Translations under genes and position numbers: made by a program | The notes under the pieces: generated by a model | The model's database searches: none | What the model was told of the DNA's origin: nothing | Seen by the model: only the letters and a program-made list of their open reading frames with translations | From: an archaeon | GTDB taxonomy: Archaea; Iainarchaeota; Iainarchaeia; Iainarchaeales; CSSED10-239 | Reading direction: 5' to 3' | Assembly (NCBI GenBank): GCA_041657425.1 | Contig: JBBABY010000004.1 | Location: 1,377-65,376 of the forward strand | Length of the DNA stretch: 64,000 nt | Shown: in pieces, positions 25,462-32,736 of the stretch | Layout: each line of letters begins with the position of its first letter | Position numbering within the stretch: the first letter of the stretch is position 1

Positions 25462-27213
25462 TTATTCAAGAACAGCTTTTATTCGTCTTATTCCTGCAGC
25501 TACACTTTCTTCTTTTGCAATCTTGAAGTGGCCAAGTTCACTTGTGTTGTTTACGTGTGGTCCCATACAAATTTCTTTACTGTAAGTTCCAATGGAATAA
25601 ACAAAGACTGTTTCTGGATACTTGGTTCCAAATTCTGCTTGTGCTCCACTTTCCTTTGCCTTCTCAAAAGACATTGATTCTTTGATTACTGGAAGGGACT
25701 GTAAGATTACTTTGTTTATTTCTGATTCTACAGCCCTTACTTCTTCATCAGTTAGTTTTCTATCAAAATTAAAATCAAATCTTAGTCTTTCAGAAGTTAT
25801 GTTGCTTCCTTTCTGTCTTATGTCTTTAGAGATTAGATTTCTTAAAGCTTGATTTAAGATGTGGGTTGCAGTGTGATACTTCATTGTAATGTCTGTATGT
25901 TCTGCTAGACCGCCTTTAAACTTTTGTTCTGCACCAACTCTTGAAAGCTCTTGGTGTTTCTTTTCTTCTTCTTTAAAACCATCAAGGTCTACAGTAATCT
26001 GCTTTTCATTTGCAAGTTCTTGTATCATTTCTATTGGAAAACCATAGGACTGATAAAGAAGGAATGCTTCTTTTCCTGAAATGATTTTTTGTTTCTCTGA
26101 AAGTTTATTAAATTCTTTTAAACCATTAATTAATGCTGTTGAAAACTTATTTTCTTCTTTTTCTAATTCTGCAACAATAAATTGTTTTCTTGTTTCTAAT
26201 TGCGGATATTCGTCTTTGTATAATTCTATTATTTTACTTGCAACTTTTGAACAAAAATTATCTTGTATTCCAATTTGCTTACCATATCTTATTGCTCTTC
26301 TTATAAATCTTCTTAAGATATATCCTTGATCAGTGTTACTTGGAATAACTGCTCTTGGGTCAGCAAGAACAAATGTTGATACTCTTAAGTGATCTGTAAT
26401 AATCTTAATTGCTTTTGAGTTTGTTTTATCTGTTCCAAGAGTTGAAACAAAATCATAAATACTTTTTATTTTTCCAACTTTGAAAGCATCATCTAAACCA
26501 TTTAGAATCATTGTTACTCTTTCTGTGCCTAATCCTGTATCAATGTTTCTTTGCTTTAATGGTTCAAACTTTCCTTCTTTTGTTTTATTATATTCCATTA
26601 AAACATTGTTCCAGATTTCTACCCAGGTCTCATCTTCTGGATCAAACACTTTTGGAGCAGGTCTAGAATTGTCTTTCCAATAAAATATTTCTGTATCTGG
26701 TCCACAAGGTCCACTTGTTCCTGCTGGCCCCCACCAATTATCTTCAATTGCTGCAATTCTTTCAATTGGCAAACCTTGTTCTAACCAACAATTGATTGCT
26801 TCTTGATCTTTTGGTATATCTTTGTTACCAGAGAAAACAGTTACTGCAATTCTATTCTTGTCTAAAGCTAACCACTGCTTACTTGTTAAAAACTCATAAG
26901 AATAAGCAATTGATTCTTTCTTGAAGTAATCCCCTAGTGACCAATTACCAAGCATTTCAAACATTGAAAAATGTGTGGCGTCACCTACTTCATCAATATC
27001 TGTTGTTCTTATACACATTTGATAATCTGCTAGTCTTTTGCCTTGTGGGTGTACTTGACCTAAAAGGAAAGGAACAAGCGGATGCATTCCTGCTGTTGTG
27101 AAAAGAACTGTATTATCATTTTCTGGTATTAATGAAGCTTGTTCAATAATCTTATGGTCTTTACTTTTGAAGAAATCTAAATATTTCTGTTTTAATTCAA
27201 TTGTTGTAATCAT
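25462..27213 (-). CDS. alaS: Alanyl-tRNA synthetase, compact form (catalytic, tRNA-recognition and editing domains, no C-Ala domain).
   Basis: The motifs FFKSKDHKII..SLIP.NDNTVLFTTAGM, FEMLGNWSLGDYFK, GLGTERV and the editing-domain HTATHIL...GPHV are present. The protein ends at GIRRIKAVLE. It is only 583 aa. Confidence 0.85.
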   Translation of the reverse strand: MITTIELKQKYLDFFKSKDHKIIEQASLIPENDNTVLFTTAGMHPLVPFLLGQVHPQGKRLADYQMCIRTTDIDEVGDATHFSMFEMLGNWSLGDYFKKESIAYSYEFLTSKQWLALDKNRIAVTVFSGNKDIPKDQEAINCWLEQGLPIERIAAIEDNWWGPAGTSGPCGPDTEIFYWKDNSRPAPKVFDPEDETWVEIWNNVLMEYNKTKEGKFEPLKQRNIDTGLGTERVTMILNGLDDAFKVGKIKSIYDFVSTLGTDKTNSKAIKIITDHLRVSTFVLADPRAVIPSNTDQGYILRRFIRRAIRYGKQIGIQDNFCSKVASKIIELYKDEYPQLETRKQFIVAELEKEENKFSTALINGLKEFNKLSEKQKIISGKEAFLLYQSYGFPIEMIQELANEKQITVDLDGFKEEEKKHQELSRVGAEQKFKGGLAEHTDITMKYHTATHILNQALRNLISKDIRQKGSNITSERLRFDFNFDRKLTDEEVRAVESEINKVILQSLPVIKESMSFEKAKESGAQAEFGTKYPETVFVYSIGTYSKEICMGPHVNNTSELGHFKIAKEESVAAGIRRIKAVLE

Positions 27214-27277
27214 AATTAATTCTTTCTCTTAAATATTATATATAATATAGAAAGAATTTATTTTAAAATTGTTCTAT

Positions 27278-28162
27278 TTAGTCATAGTACTCATCAACAT
27301 ATGTTTCTAAAAGGTAATTTAAAAACTTTCTTTGACCAACCTTTTCTTTCTGTTCCATTAACACGAAATAATATTTTATTTTATCTGTAGTATTTATATT
27401 TAATAATGGATAATTATTCTTTATTAAAATAAAATTCATTAATAATCTTGACATTCTCCCATTACCATCCATAAATGGGTGAATTTTAACAAATTTATAA
27501 TGCATAAGACCAGCTAGTTCAAAAGGATGTAATTTTAACTTCGCTTTATCATACCATTCCACAAGTTCTTGCATCTTTTTAGGAACTTCTTCTGGTTTTG
27601 GCGGCAAATAGTTGTTTACTATGTTTTGTTTATTTCTTAGTTGTCCTGCTTCTTTATGTACATTATCCATTTCCATCTTATGTAAATTAAGAATAAACTC
27701 TAGAGTGATTTCATCTTTTGTTTGAATTATATAATCTAAACAATATTTCATATTAACGACTTCTTGTTCGTCTCTTTTTCTTTTCTTATCTGTTTTCTTT
27801 AATTTCTCTAAAATCCCTTTTGTGTCTTCAAAAGATAATGGATTTCCTTCTATATTATTAGTATTATAAATAAATTTATACAATCTATATTTCTCTGTCT
27901 TTAAAATATTTGCAACAATCTTACTATTGGATTTATTTAGATAATTATTTTTTATTAATTCTAGTAATTTTGTTGGTTTAACTTTTAGTATCGGCCTAAC
28001 TGGAATCTTCTTATTTAATTTATATTCGATTTCTGAAATATCTGATAATTTATTACCTATGTATTGTCTTATTTTTTTATACTTGTTTTTAGAGACTCTG
28101 ACTGTATTTGAAAGATATAAATAGGTTTTGCCATTTATCTTTTTCTCTTCAATATAGCTCAT
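27278..28162 (-). CDS. Fic/DOC family protein (AMPylase-like), with the start re-assigned to ATG at 28162.
   Basis: The canonical Fic motif HPFMDGNGRMSRLL is present. The track ORF's 5' extension (IFKYVPPKL twice) is a translation of the tandem promoter repeat. Confidence 0.8.
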   Translation of the reverse strand: MSYIEEKKINGKTYLYLSNTVRVSKNKYKKIRQYIGNKLSDISEIEYKLNKKIPVRPILKVKPTKLLELIKNNYLNKSNSKIVANILKTEKYRLYKFIYNTNNIEGNPLSFEDTKGILEKLKKTDKKRKRDEQEVVNMKYCLDYIIQTKDEITLEFILNLHKMEMDNVHKEAGQLRNKQNIVNNYLPPKPEEVPKKMQELVEWYDKAKLKLHPFELAGLMHYKFVKIHPFMDGNGRMSRLLMNFILIKNNYPLLNINTTDKIKYYFVLMEQKEKVGQRKFLNYLLETYVDEYYD

Positions 28163-28168
28163 ATATAA

Positions 28169-28222
28169 TTTAGGGGGCACATATTTAAAAATAGATAGTT
28201 TAGGGGGCACATATTTAAAAAT
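28169..28222 (-). promoter_or_regulatory. Tandem 30-bp-period repeat carrying two TATA-like boxes upstream of the Fic gene.
   Basis: An identical 24-mer, tttagggggcacatatttaaaaat, occurs at 28169..28192 and 28199..28222. On the minus strand each contains tttaaatat. The proximal box lies about 20-27 nt upstream of ATG 28162. Confidence 0.6.
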
Positions 28223-28273
28223 TAGGGTCCACGCATTAGGTGACCACATTTACAGAAAAAGAATTTTATTTGG

Positions 28274-29578
28274 CTACAACTTAACTTTATCAATATCTGT
28301 TAGTTCTTCTTTTCCAGAAGTCATGTCTCTTATCTTAATTTTCTTTTGCTTGATTTCGTCTTCTCCAAGAAATCCTACAAATGGGATGCCTAATTTATCT
28401 GCATACTCTATGTTCTTTGAAACTCCTTTGCCGGCAAGATCAACAATTACTTTTATTCCTTTGCTTCTAAGTTCTTGTGTTACTTTAATTGCTTCTTCTG
28501 TTGCTTTTCCAATTGGGATGATTAAAAGATTAGCAACTGTTTGTCTCTTTAGACCATCTCTTGCTTTTATTATTTCCATGATTGGTTCTATTCCAAAGGC
28601 AAGGCCAACGGCTGGAATATTTTGATTCTCATTACCTATGTATTTACCAATCATCTTGTCCCATCTTCCTCCGCCTGCTAAAGAACCACTCATTATCTTT
28701 TCATCTGTTAAGAAAACTTCATAGATTGGCCCTGTGTAATAACCAAGTCCTCTTGCAAGAGTTGGATTGAAATCAATTTCAACTTTGAATGTTTCTAAGT
28801 TTTTGAAAAGCTCTTTTAATTCCTTTACTCCTTCTGTTTCTCCAAGTAACTTTTCTAATTGAGAAAGTTTTTCTTTGTTACTTCCTTTTTCTACCTTTGT
28901 TAAAAGATCTAAAAGCTTATTTATGTCTGTTTCTGATATTCCTCTTTCTGTTAATTCTTTCTTTACTCCTGAAATTCCAATCTTTTTAAGTTTATCAATT
29001 GCAACAATAACATCTGTTGCTTGTTTTTCTTGTATTCCGCAGAAAAGAATTATTTCGTTTAATAATTTTCTATCATTTACTTCAATTATTGTTTCTAGTT
29101 TTAACTTTTTAAAAACGTCTCTAATAACGGCAAGGACTTCAGCATCAATTATTCCAAACTGAGAACCAACAACATCAATATCACATTGATAGAATTCTCT
29201 ATATCTCCCTGCTTTGATTGGGCCGTCTCTAAAGACTGGACCTATTTGATATCTTTTAAAAGGAGTTTTAAGTTGGGGATTTTGTCCAACAAATCGTGCA
29301 AGAGCAAAAGTAAATTCATATCTTAAACCTAAGTCTCTATTACCTTGATCTTTAAATCTATAAATTTCAGAAACTGCATCTGAGTTTTCTCCTGCTCCAA
29401 ACTTAGCTTCTAAGATCTCTAGCTTTTCAAAGGTTGGTGTTTCTAAAGGAGAATAACCATAGATTTCAAATATTTCTTTAATATCACTGATTACTTTATC
29501 CCTTACAATCTTTTCAGCAGGTGGGAAATCTCTTGTCCCTCTTGGTGGTTCTAGTATTAGTTTTGCCATATTTTTCAC
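28274..29578 (-). CDS. hisS: Histidyl-tRNA synthetase.
   Basis: PRGTRDFPP, YQIGPVFRDGPIKAGRYREFYQCDIDVVG and a C-terminal anticodon-binding domain are present. Size is 434 aa. Confidence 0.9.
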   Translation of the reverse strand: MKNMAKLILEPPRGTRDFPPAEKIVRDKVISDIKEIFEIYGYSPLETPTFEKLEILEAKFGAGENSDAVSEIYRFKDQGNRDLGLRYEFTFALARFVGQNPQLKTPFKRYQIGPVFRDGPIKAGRYREFYQCDIDVVGSQFGIIDAEVLAVIRDVFKKLKLETIIEVNDRKLLNEIILFCGIQEKQATDVIVAIDKLKKIGISGVKKELTERGISETDINKLLDLLTKVEKGSNKEKLSQLEKLLGETEGVKELKELFKNLETFKVEIDFNPTLARGLGYYTGPIYEVFLTDEKIMSGSLAGGGRWDKMIGKYIGNENQNIPAVGLAFGIEPIMEIIKARDGLKRQTVANLLIIPIGKATEEAIKVTQELRSKGIKVIVDLAGKGVSKNIEYADKLGIPFVGFLGEDEIKQKKIKIRDMTSGKEELTDIDKVKL

Positions 29579-29616
29579 ATTTATTTAATTATTTTAATAT
29601 CGAAACAATTTAAAAA

Positions 29617-29689
29617 GGTCTATGCCGGGATTTGAACTCGGGTCATAAGCTCCACAGGCTTATATGCTAACCACTGCACCACATAGACC
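29617..29689 (-). tRNA. tRNA-His (GTG) with a genome-encoded G-1.
   Basis: Hand-folded, 73 nt. G-1 sits opposite C73. The acceptor stem is GTCTATG/CATAGAC. The anticodon arm is TAAGC-CTGTGGA-GCTTA. The T arm CCGAG-TTCAAAT-CCCGG has one A-C mismatch. A T5 run follows. Confidence 0.85.
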
Positions 29690-29713
29690 ACAAAGATCTC
29701 TAGACTTGTGTTC

Positions 29714-29881
29714 TTAAGCCCTAGAGATGATAATTTTACCTCCACAAACGTCTATATTAACAAAGTCTGAAAAACCAATGGACCGTCTGATGTCAGAAGG
29801 TATTAGTATTCTATTCTTCTTATCTTTAGAAACAGTTGTTTTAGTGATGATGCCAACAAGAATTTGTGCTTTCAAGGACAA
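29714..29881 (-). CDS. SpoVT/AbrB-domain small ORF B, absent from the ORF track. It is either the second half of a split tandem-AbrB gene or a separate overlapping gene.
   Basis: My own translation reads ..VGIITKTTVSKDKKNRILIPSDIRRSIGFSDFVNIDVCGGKIIISRA*. It contains the AbrB signature (.RI.IP.diRr.lG...gd.v.i....gkiii). Only TTG/ATT-type starts are available. Confidence 0.4.
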   Translation of the reverse strand: MSLKAQILVGIITKTTVSKDKKNRILIPSDIRRSIGFSDFVNIDVCGGKIIISRA

Positions 29882-29984
29882 CTAATGCAGAATTAAGGTC
29901 ATACTTGATGCTGTAGCTATCATTGACTATCTCTTTTGGAAGAACTATTCTCCCACAGCCGTCTATCTTACATATCTTGTTCAT
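29841..29984 (-). CDS. SpoVT/AbrB-domain small ORF A (47 aa), absent from the ORF track.
   Basis: My own translation reads MNKICKIDGCGRIVLPKEIVNDSYSIKYDLNSALVVLESTNSCWHHH*. It contains the AbrB signature D..GRIvlPKEI. It overlaps ORF B by 41 nt in a different frame. Confidence 0.45.
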   Translation of the reverse strand: MNKICKIDGCGRIVLPKEIVNDSYSIKYDLNSALVVLESTNSCWHHH

Positions 29985-30052
29985 ATTTCATCATTTTGTT
30001 ATAATTATAAATATATTAAGACTAAAAACATTTAAAAAGAGTTTCTGGGAAA

Positions 30053-31066
30053 CTAAGCATTCGTTATTTGATTATATTTTTTAATTTCTTCTATAGTCAT
30101 TATCGGCTTTCTTGCTTTATACCATTGTTTAAAATCAATAACTCCTTTTTTTACTTTGTCTGTAGGATAAACTTCTAAAATTTCATTAATATTAAATTTC
30201 CCACTTCTTAATAAAAAATCTACAGGAATATTTGCATCTCTATATGCAATTAATACTTTAGGATCTTTTGGCGAATAATAATTATAAACCCTATTAATTA
30301 CTTTGTTAATTTCTGCATCCGTTAAAACAGTGCCCAATCTAATAGCTTCCTTATCTTTTGTAATGTATTCTAATAATTCATTTAATTTTGTTCTAATTTC
30401 TTTTGCATCACGATTACTAATTTCTTTTATATTTACTTCTTTAATTTGTTTTAATGTTCTTTCAGCATCTATCAGAGAAGTAATTTCAGTTAGATATATT
30501 TTCATTACATCCATTGGATAATCACGATTATTTCTCTTTAGTGCAATCTGTTTTTTCATTTCTGGTTCTTTTAAAACTTCTAAACCATAATTATACATTT
30601 CTCCATAAGATATTCCGGCATTCTGTAATTTCTTTATAGAAATTCCAATAGTAGGATGCCCAAAAGTCATTAATATTTTTGCTCTAACTATATCTTTTGG
30701 AGTAATTCCTAATTTTGAAGCAATCTTTGACAATCCCTTTCCAGAAGAATTAGATCTTAGCGCCTCAGCTATTGCTCTTGATTTTGCAACTCTGGGCACA
30801 TCATAAAATTCTTTTAATTCAGGAACACGAGTACCTTCTGTGTAAAGCCTATTTAATTCTTCAAAATAATGATACAAAAAATTAGAAGTTTCTTGTTTCT
30901 CTTCTGGAGTTAATTTTAATCCGTTTATAGTTTTTGTTATACTCTGATTTTCAACAGTTAGTTTCTGTAATTTTCTAACTTTTGCTTCTTCTCTTAACCT
31001 TGAAATCCCTTCTCCAGTTATTTTAGGTTTTTTTGTTACTATTGAATTTATTCTTAATTTTGCCAT
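30053..31066 (-). CDS. Hypothetical protein with a possible HTH segment.
   Basis: The 337-aa ORF contains GLSKIASKLGITPKDIVRAK, which is HTH-like. No family was recognised. Confidence 0.45.
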   Translation of the reverse strand: MAKLRINSIVTKKPKITGEGISRLREEAKVRKLQKLTVENQSITKTINGLKLTPEEKQETSNFLYHYFEELNRLYTEGTRVPELKEFYDVPRVAKSRAIAEALRSNSSGKGLSKIASKLGITPKDIVRAKILMTFGHPTIGISIKKLQNAGISYGEMYNYGLEVLKEPEMKKQIALKRNNRDYPMDVMKIYLTEITSLIDAERTLKQIKEVNIKEISNRDAKEIRTKLNELLEYITKDKEAIRLGTVLTDAEINKVINRVYNYYSPKDPKVLIAYRDANIPVDFLLRSGKFNINEILEVYPTDKVKKGVIDFKQWYKARKPIMTIEEIKKYNQITNA

Positions 31067-31232
31067 TTTATAATTACCATTTTAATTGTATATAATTATT
31101 AAAATAACTGATTATAAAAATATATATAAACATATCATTTACTAAAATCAGAAACTATAAAAATCGAGATTAAAAATTAGAAAATTAAAAAAAGAAAAAA
31201 AGTTAAAACAAAAGTAAGTAAAATTTACTTAC

Positions 31233-31502
31233 TTATAATAACTTCTTGAATTCTTTACTTACTTTGTATCCAACGCTTTTACTTGCTTTAATTTGGATTG
31301 ACTTTCCTGTTTGTGGATTGATACCTTTTCTTGCTGCTCTGTTCTTTACAGAGAATGTACCGAAACCAACTAATTGTAATTTCTTGTGTTTCTTTACAAC
31401 TGCCTTTATTGAATCAAGTGTAAGGTTTAATGTTTCCTCTATCTTTGATTTTGAAAGGTCTGATTTTTTTCCTATTTCTTCTATTAAAGTTTGTTTATTC
31501 AT
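31233..31502 (-). CDS. HU/IHF-family DNA-binding protein.
   Basis: MNKQTLIEEIGKKSDLSKSKIEETLNLTLDSI...LVGFGTFSVKNRAARKGINPQTGKSIQIKASK is the canonical HU sequence, including the beta-arm R.GRNPqTG motif. Confidence 0.9.
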   Translation of the reverse strand: MNKQTLIEEIGKKSDLSKSKIEETLNLTLDSIKAVVKKHKKLQLVGFGTFSVKNRAARKGINPQTGKSIQIKASKSVGYKVSKEFKKLL

Positions 31503-31618
31503 TTTTATTTACCCCCTTATTTATAATAAAAGATATAATAATTTGATACTAACTCTTTATAAATATATCTCTGTTTTTCCCCTAAAAACTGCATATTTTC
31601 AGGTTTTTACAAGAAATA

Positions 31619-31846
31619 CTATTTTTTCTTATCACTATCTTCTGTGAATTTCTCTTTATGTACTGACCAAAGTTTAAGTGAATAATATAGAAATATCGCA
31701 GTAAAAAATAGAATTACTAAGAAAATTACAAAAGACATTTGTCTCTGATATACTCCACACATTCCTTGACAAGCAATTTCATTCCAGATTACAAAAAATA
31801 ATAATCCTAATATCAAAAATACAAATGCTGTTCTTTTCCAATGCAT
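31619..31846 (-). CDS. Small two-TM membrane protein, hypothetical.
   Basis: The 75-aa ORF has two hydrophobic helices and a basic, acidic C-terminal tail. Confidence 0.4.
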   Translation of the reverse strand: MHWKRTAFVFLILGLLFFVIWNEIACQGMCGVYQRQMSFVIFLVILFFTAIFLYYSLKLWSVHKEKFTEDSDKKK

Positions 31847-31865
31847 ATTTTATCAAAATTTAATT

Positions 31866-31939
31866 TGGATCTATTGGGATTTGAACCCAAGTCGCAAGCT
31901 CCGCAAGCTTACATGCTGTCCAGGCTACACCATAGATCC
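31866..31939 (-). tRNA. tRNA-Arg (GCG).
   Basis: Hand-folded, 74 nt. The acceptor stem is GGATCTA/TAGATCC. The anticodon arm is TAAGC-TTGCGGA-GCTTG. The T arm is TTGGG-TTCAAAT-CCCAA. Confidence 0.9.
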
Positions 31940-31975
31940 ATATAGATTATATGAATCTAAATGATTTTAAAATAC

Positions 31976-32314
31976 TTACTTTCCAAATCTTGCAGTCCCC
32001 CAGATAATTACTGACATAAATCCATAGATTAAAAAGAAATATAATAGAAACAATGCGGTACTTATATAAAAATATTTAAATAATAAAAAATATAATAATA
32101 TTCCTACAATAATAAAAGTAACAACCGTATTTCCAAAAGCTTCTGCAACCATTCCAAAGATTACAAAACCAATAATGATCATAAGAATATACTTAAGTAT
32201 TGGAAAAGCATAAGTAAGAATAGGTATAATTAGAACAACTAATAGTATTACAACAATTATTTTCCAAATTAATGACGCCCCTCTTAAAAAAGGAATAAAA
32301 TCTAAAAATCCCAT
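31976..32314 (-). CDS. Small polytopic membrane protein, the last gene of the giant-protein locus.
   Basis: The 112-aa protein is almost entirely hydrophobic (3-4 TM helices). Its start is 1 nt from the stop of the upstream gene. Confidence 0.5.
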   Translation of the reverse strand: MGFLDFIPFLRGASLIWKIIVVILLVVLIIPILTYAFPILKYILMIIIGFVIFGMVAEAFGNTVVTFIIVGILLYFLLFKYFYISTALFLLYFFLIYGFMSVIIWGTARFGK

Positions 32315-32315
32315 T

Positions 32316-32711
32316 TTATTGTCTTCTCCTACCTGCTTGGTTAATCATGTCCATGTCGTCATGCATTTCTCTTATGTCTTCAATGCCTGGCGCTTGACGA
32401 TGTTGTGGCCGTCCTTGCTCAATCATCTGCTCTGGACTGCCGCCTTGTTGTTGGCCTTCGCCCATAGTTACAAAGAATGTATCTACTAGTACTCCTCCAA
32501 TGCCAATTGAAATTAGTACATACAATACATACATAGATCCAAATATTGGCCAATAAAAGAAAATTAAAACAACACACGCAATAACAATTGCCGTAATTGC
32601 TAACCAGTTCTTTGTTATTCTTTGCTTAACGAATACAACTACGAATATAATAAATGCTAATTTTAAGATAAATCCCATATCTTCAAAAAAACCTAAAATA
32701 ATTGAATTCAT
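32316..32711 (-). CDS. Small membrane protein with a Gln/Gly/Arg-rich hydrophilic tail.
   Basis: The 131-aa protein has 3 TM helices followed by GEGQQQGGSPEQMIEQGRPQHRQAPG...AGRRRQ. The tail-coding DNA is visibly more GC-rich than its surroundings. It lies 25 nt downstream of the 2102-aa gene. Confidence 0.5.
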   Translation of the reverse strand: MNSIILGFFEDMGFILKLAFIIFVVVFVKQRITKNWLAITAIVIACVVLIFFYWPIFGSMYVLYVLISIGIGGVLVDTFFVTMGEGQQQGGSPEQMIEQGRPQHRQAPGIEDIREMHDDMDMINQAGRRRQ

Positions 32712-32736
32712 ATTTTTTACAATTTTTTATTTTTTA

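Noticed and set aside
28163-28249. The N-terminal extension of the Fic ORF containing the duplicated peptide IFKYVPPKL.
   Set aside because: It is the translation of the tandem 30-bp promoter repeat. The conserved-looking protein begins at MSYIEEKK (ATG 28162), with a TATA-like box correctly spaced upstream.
29617-29689. The possibility that tRNA-His is a pseudogene because of the A-C mismatch in the T stem and the shifted acceptor register.
   Set aside because: With G-1 opposite C73 the acceptor stem pairs perfectly, which is the expected tRNA-His architecture. The D and anticodon arms are intact, and a single T-stem mismatch is tolerable. tRNAscan-SE should confirm this.
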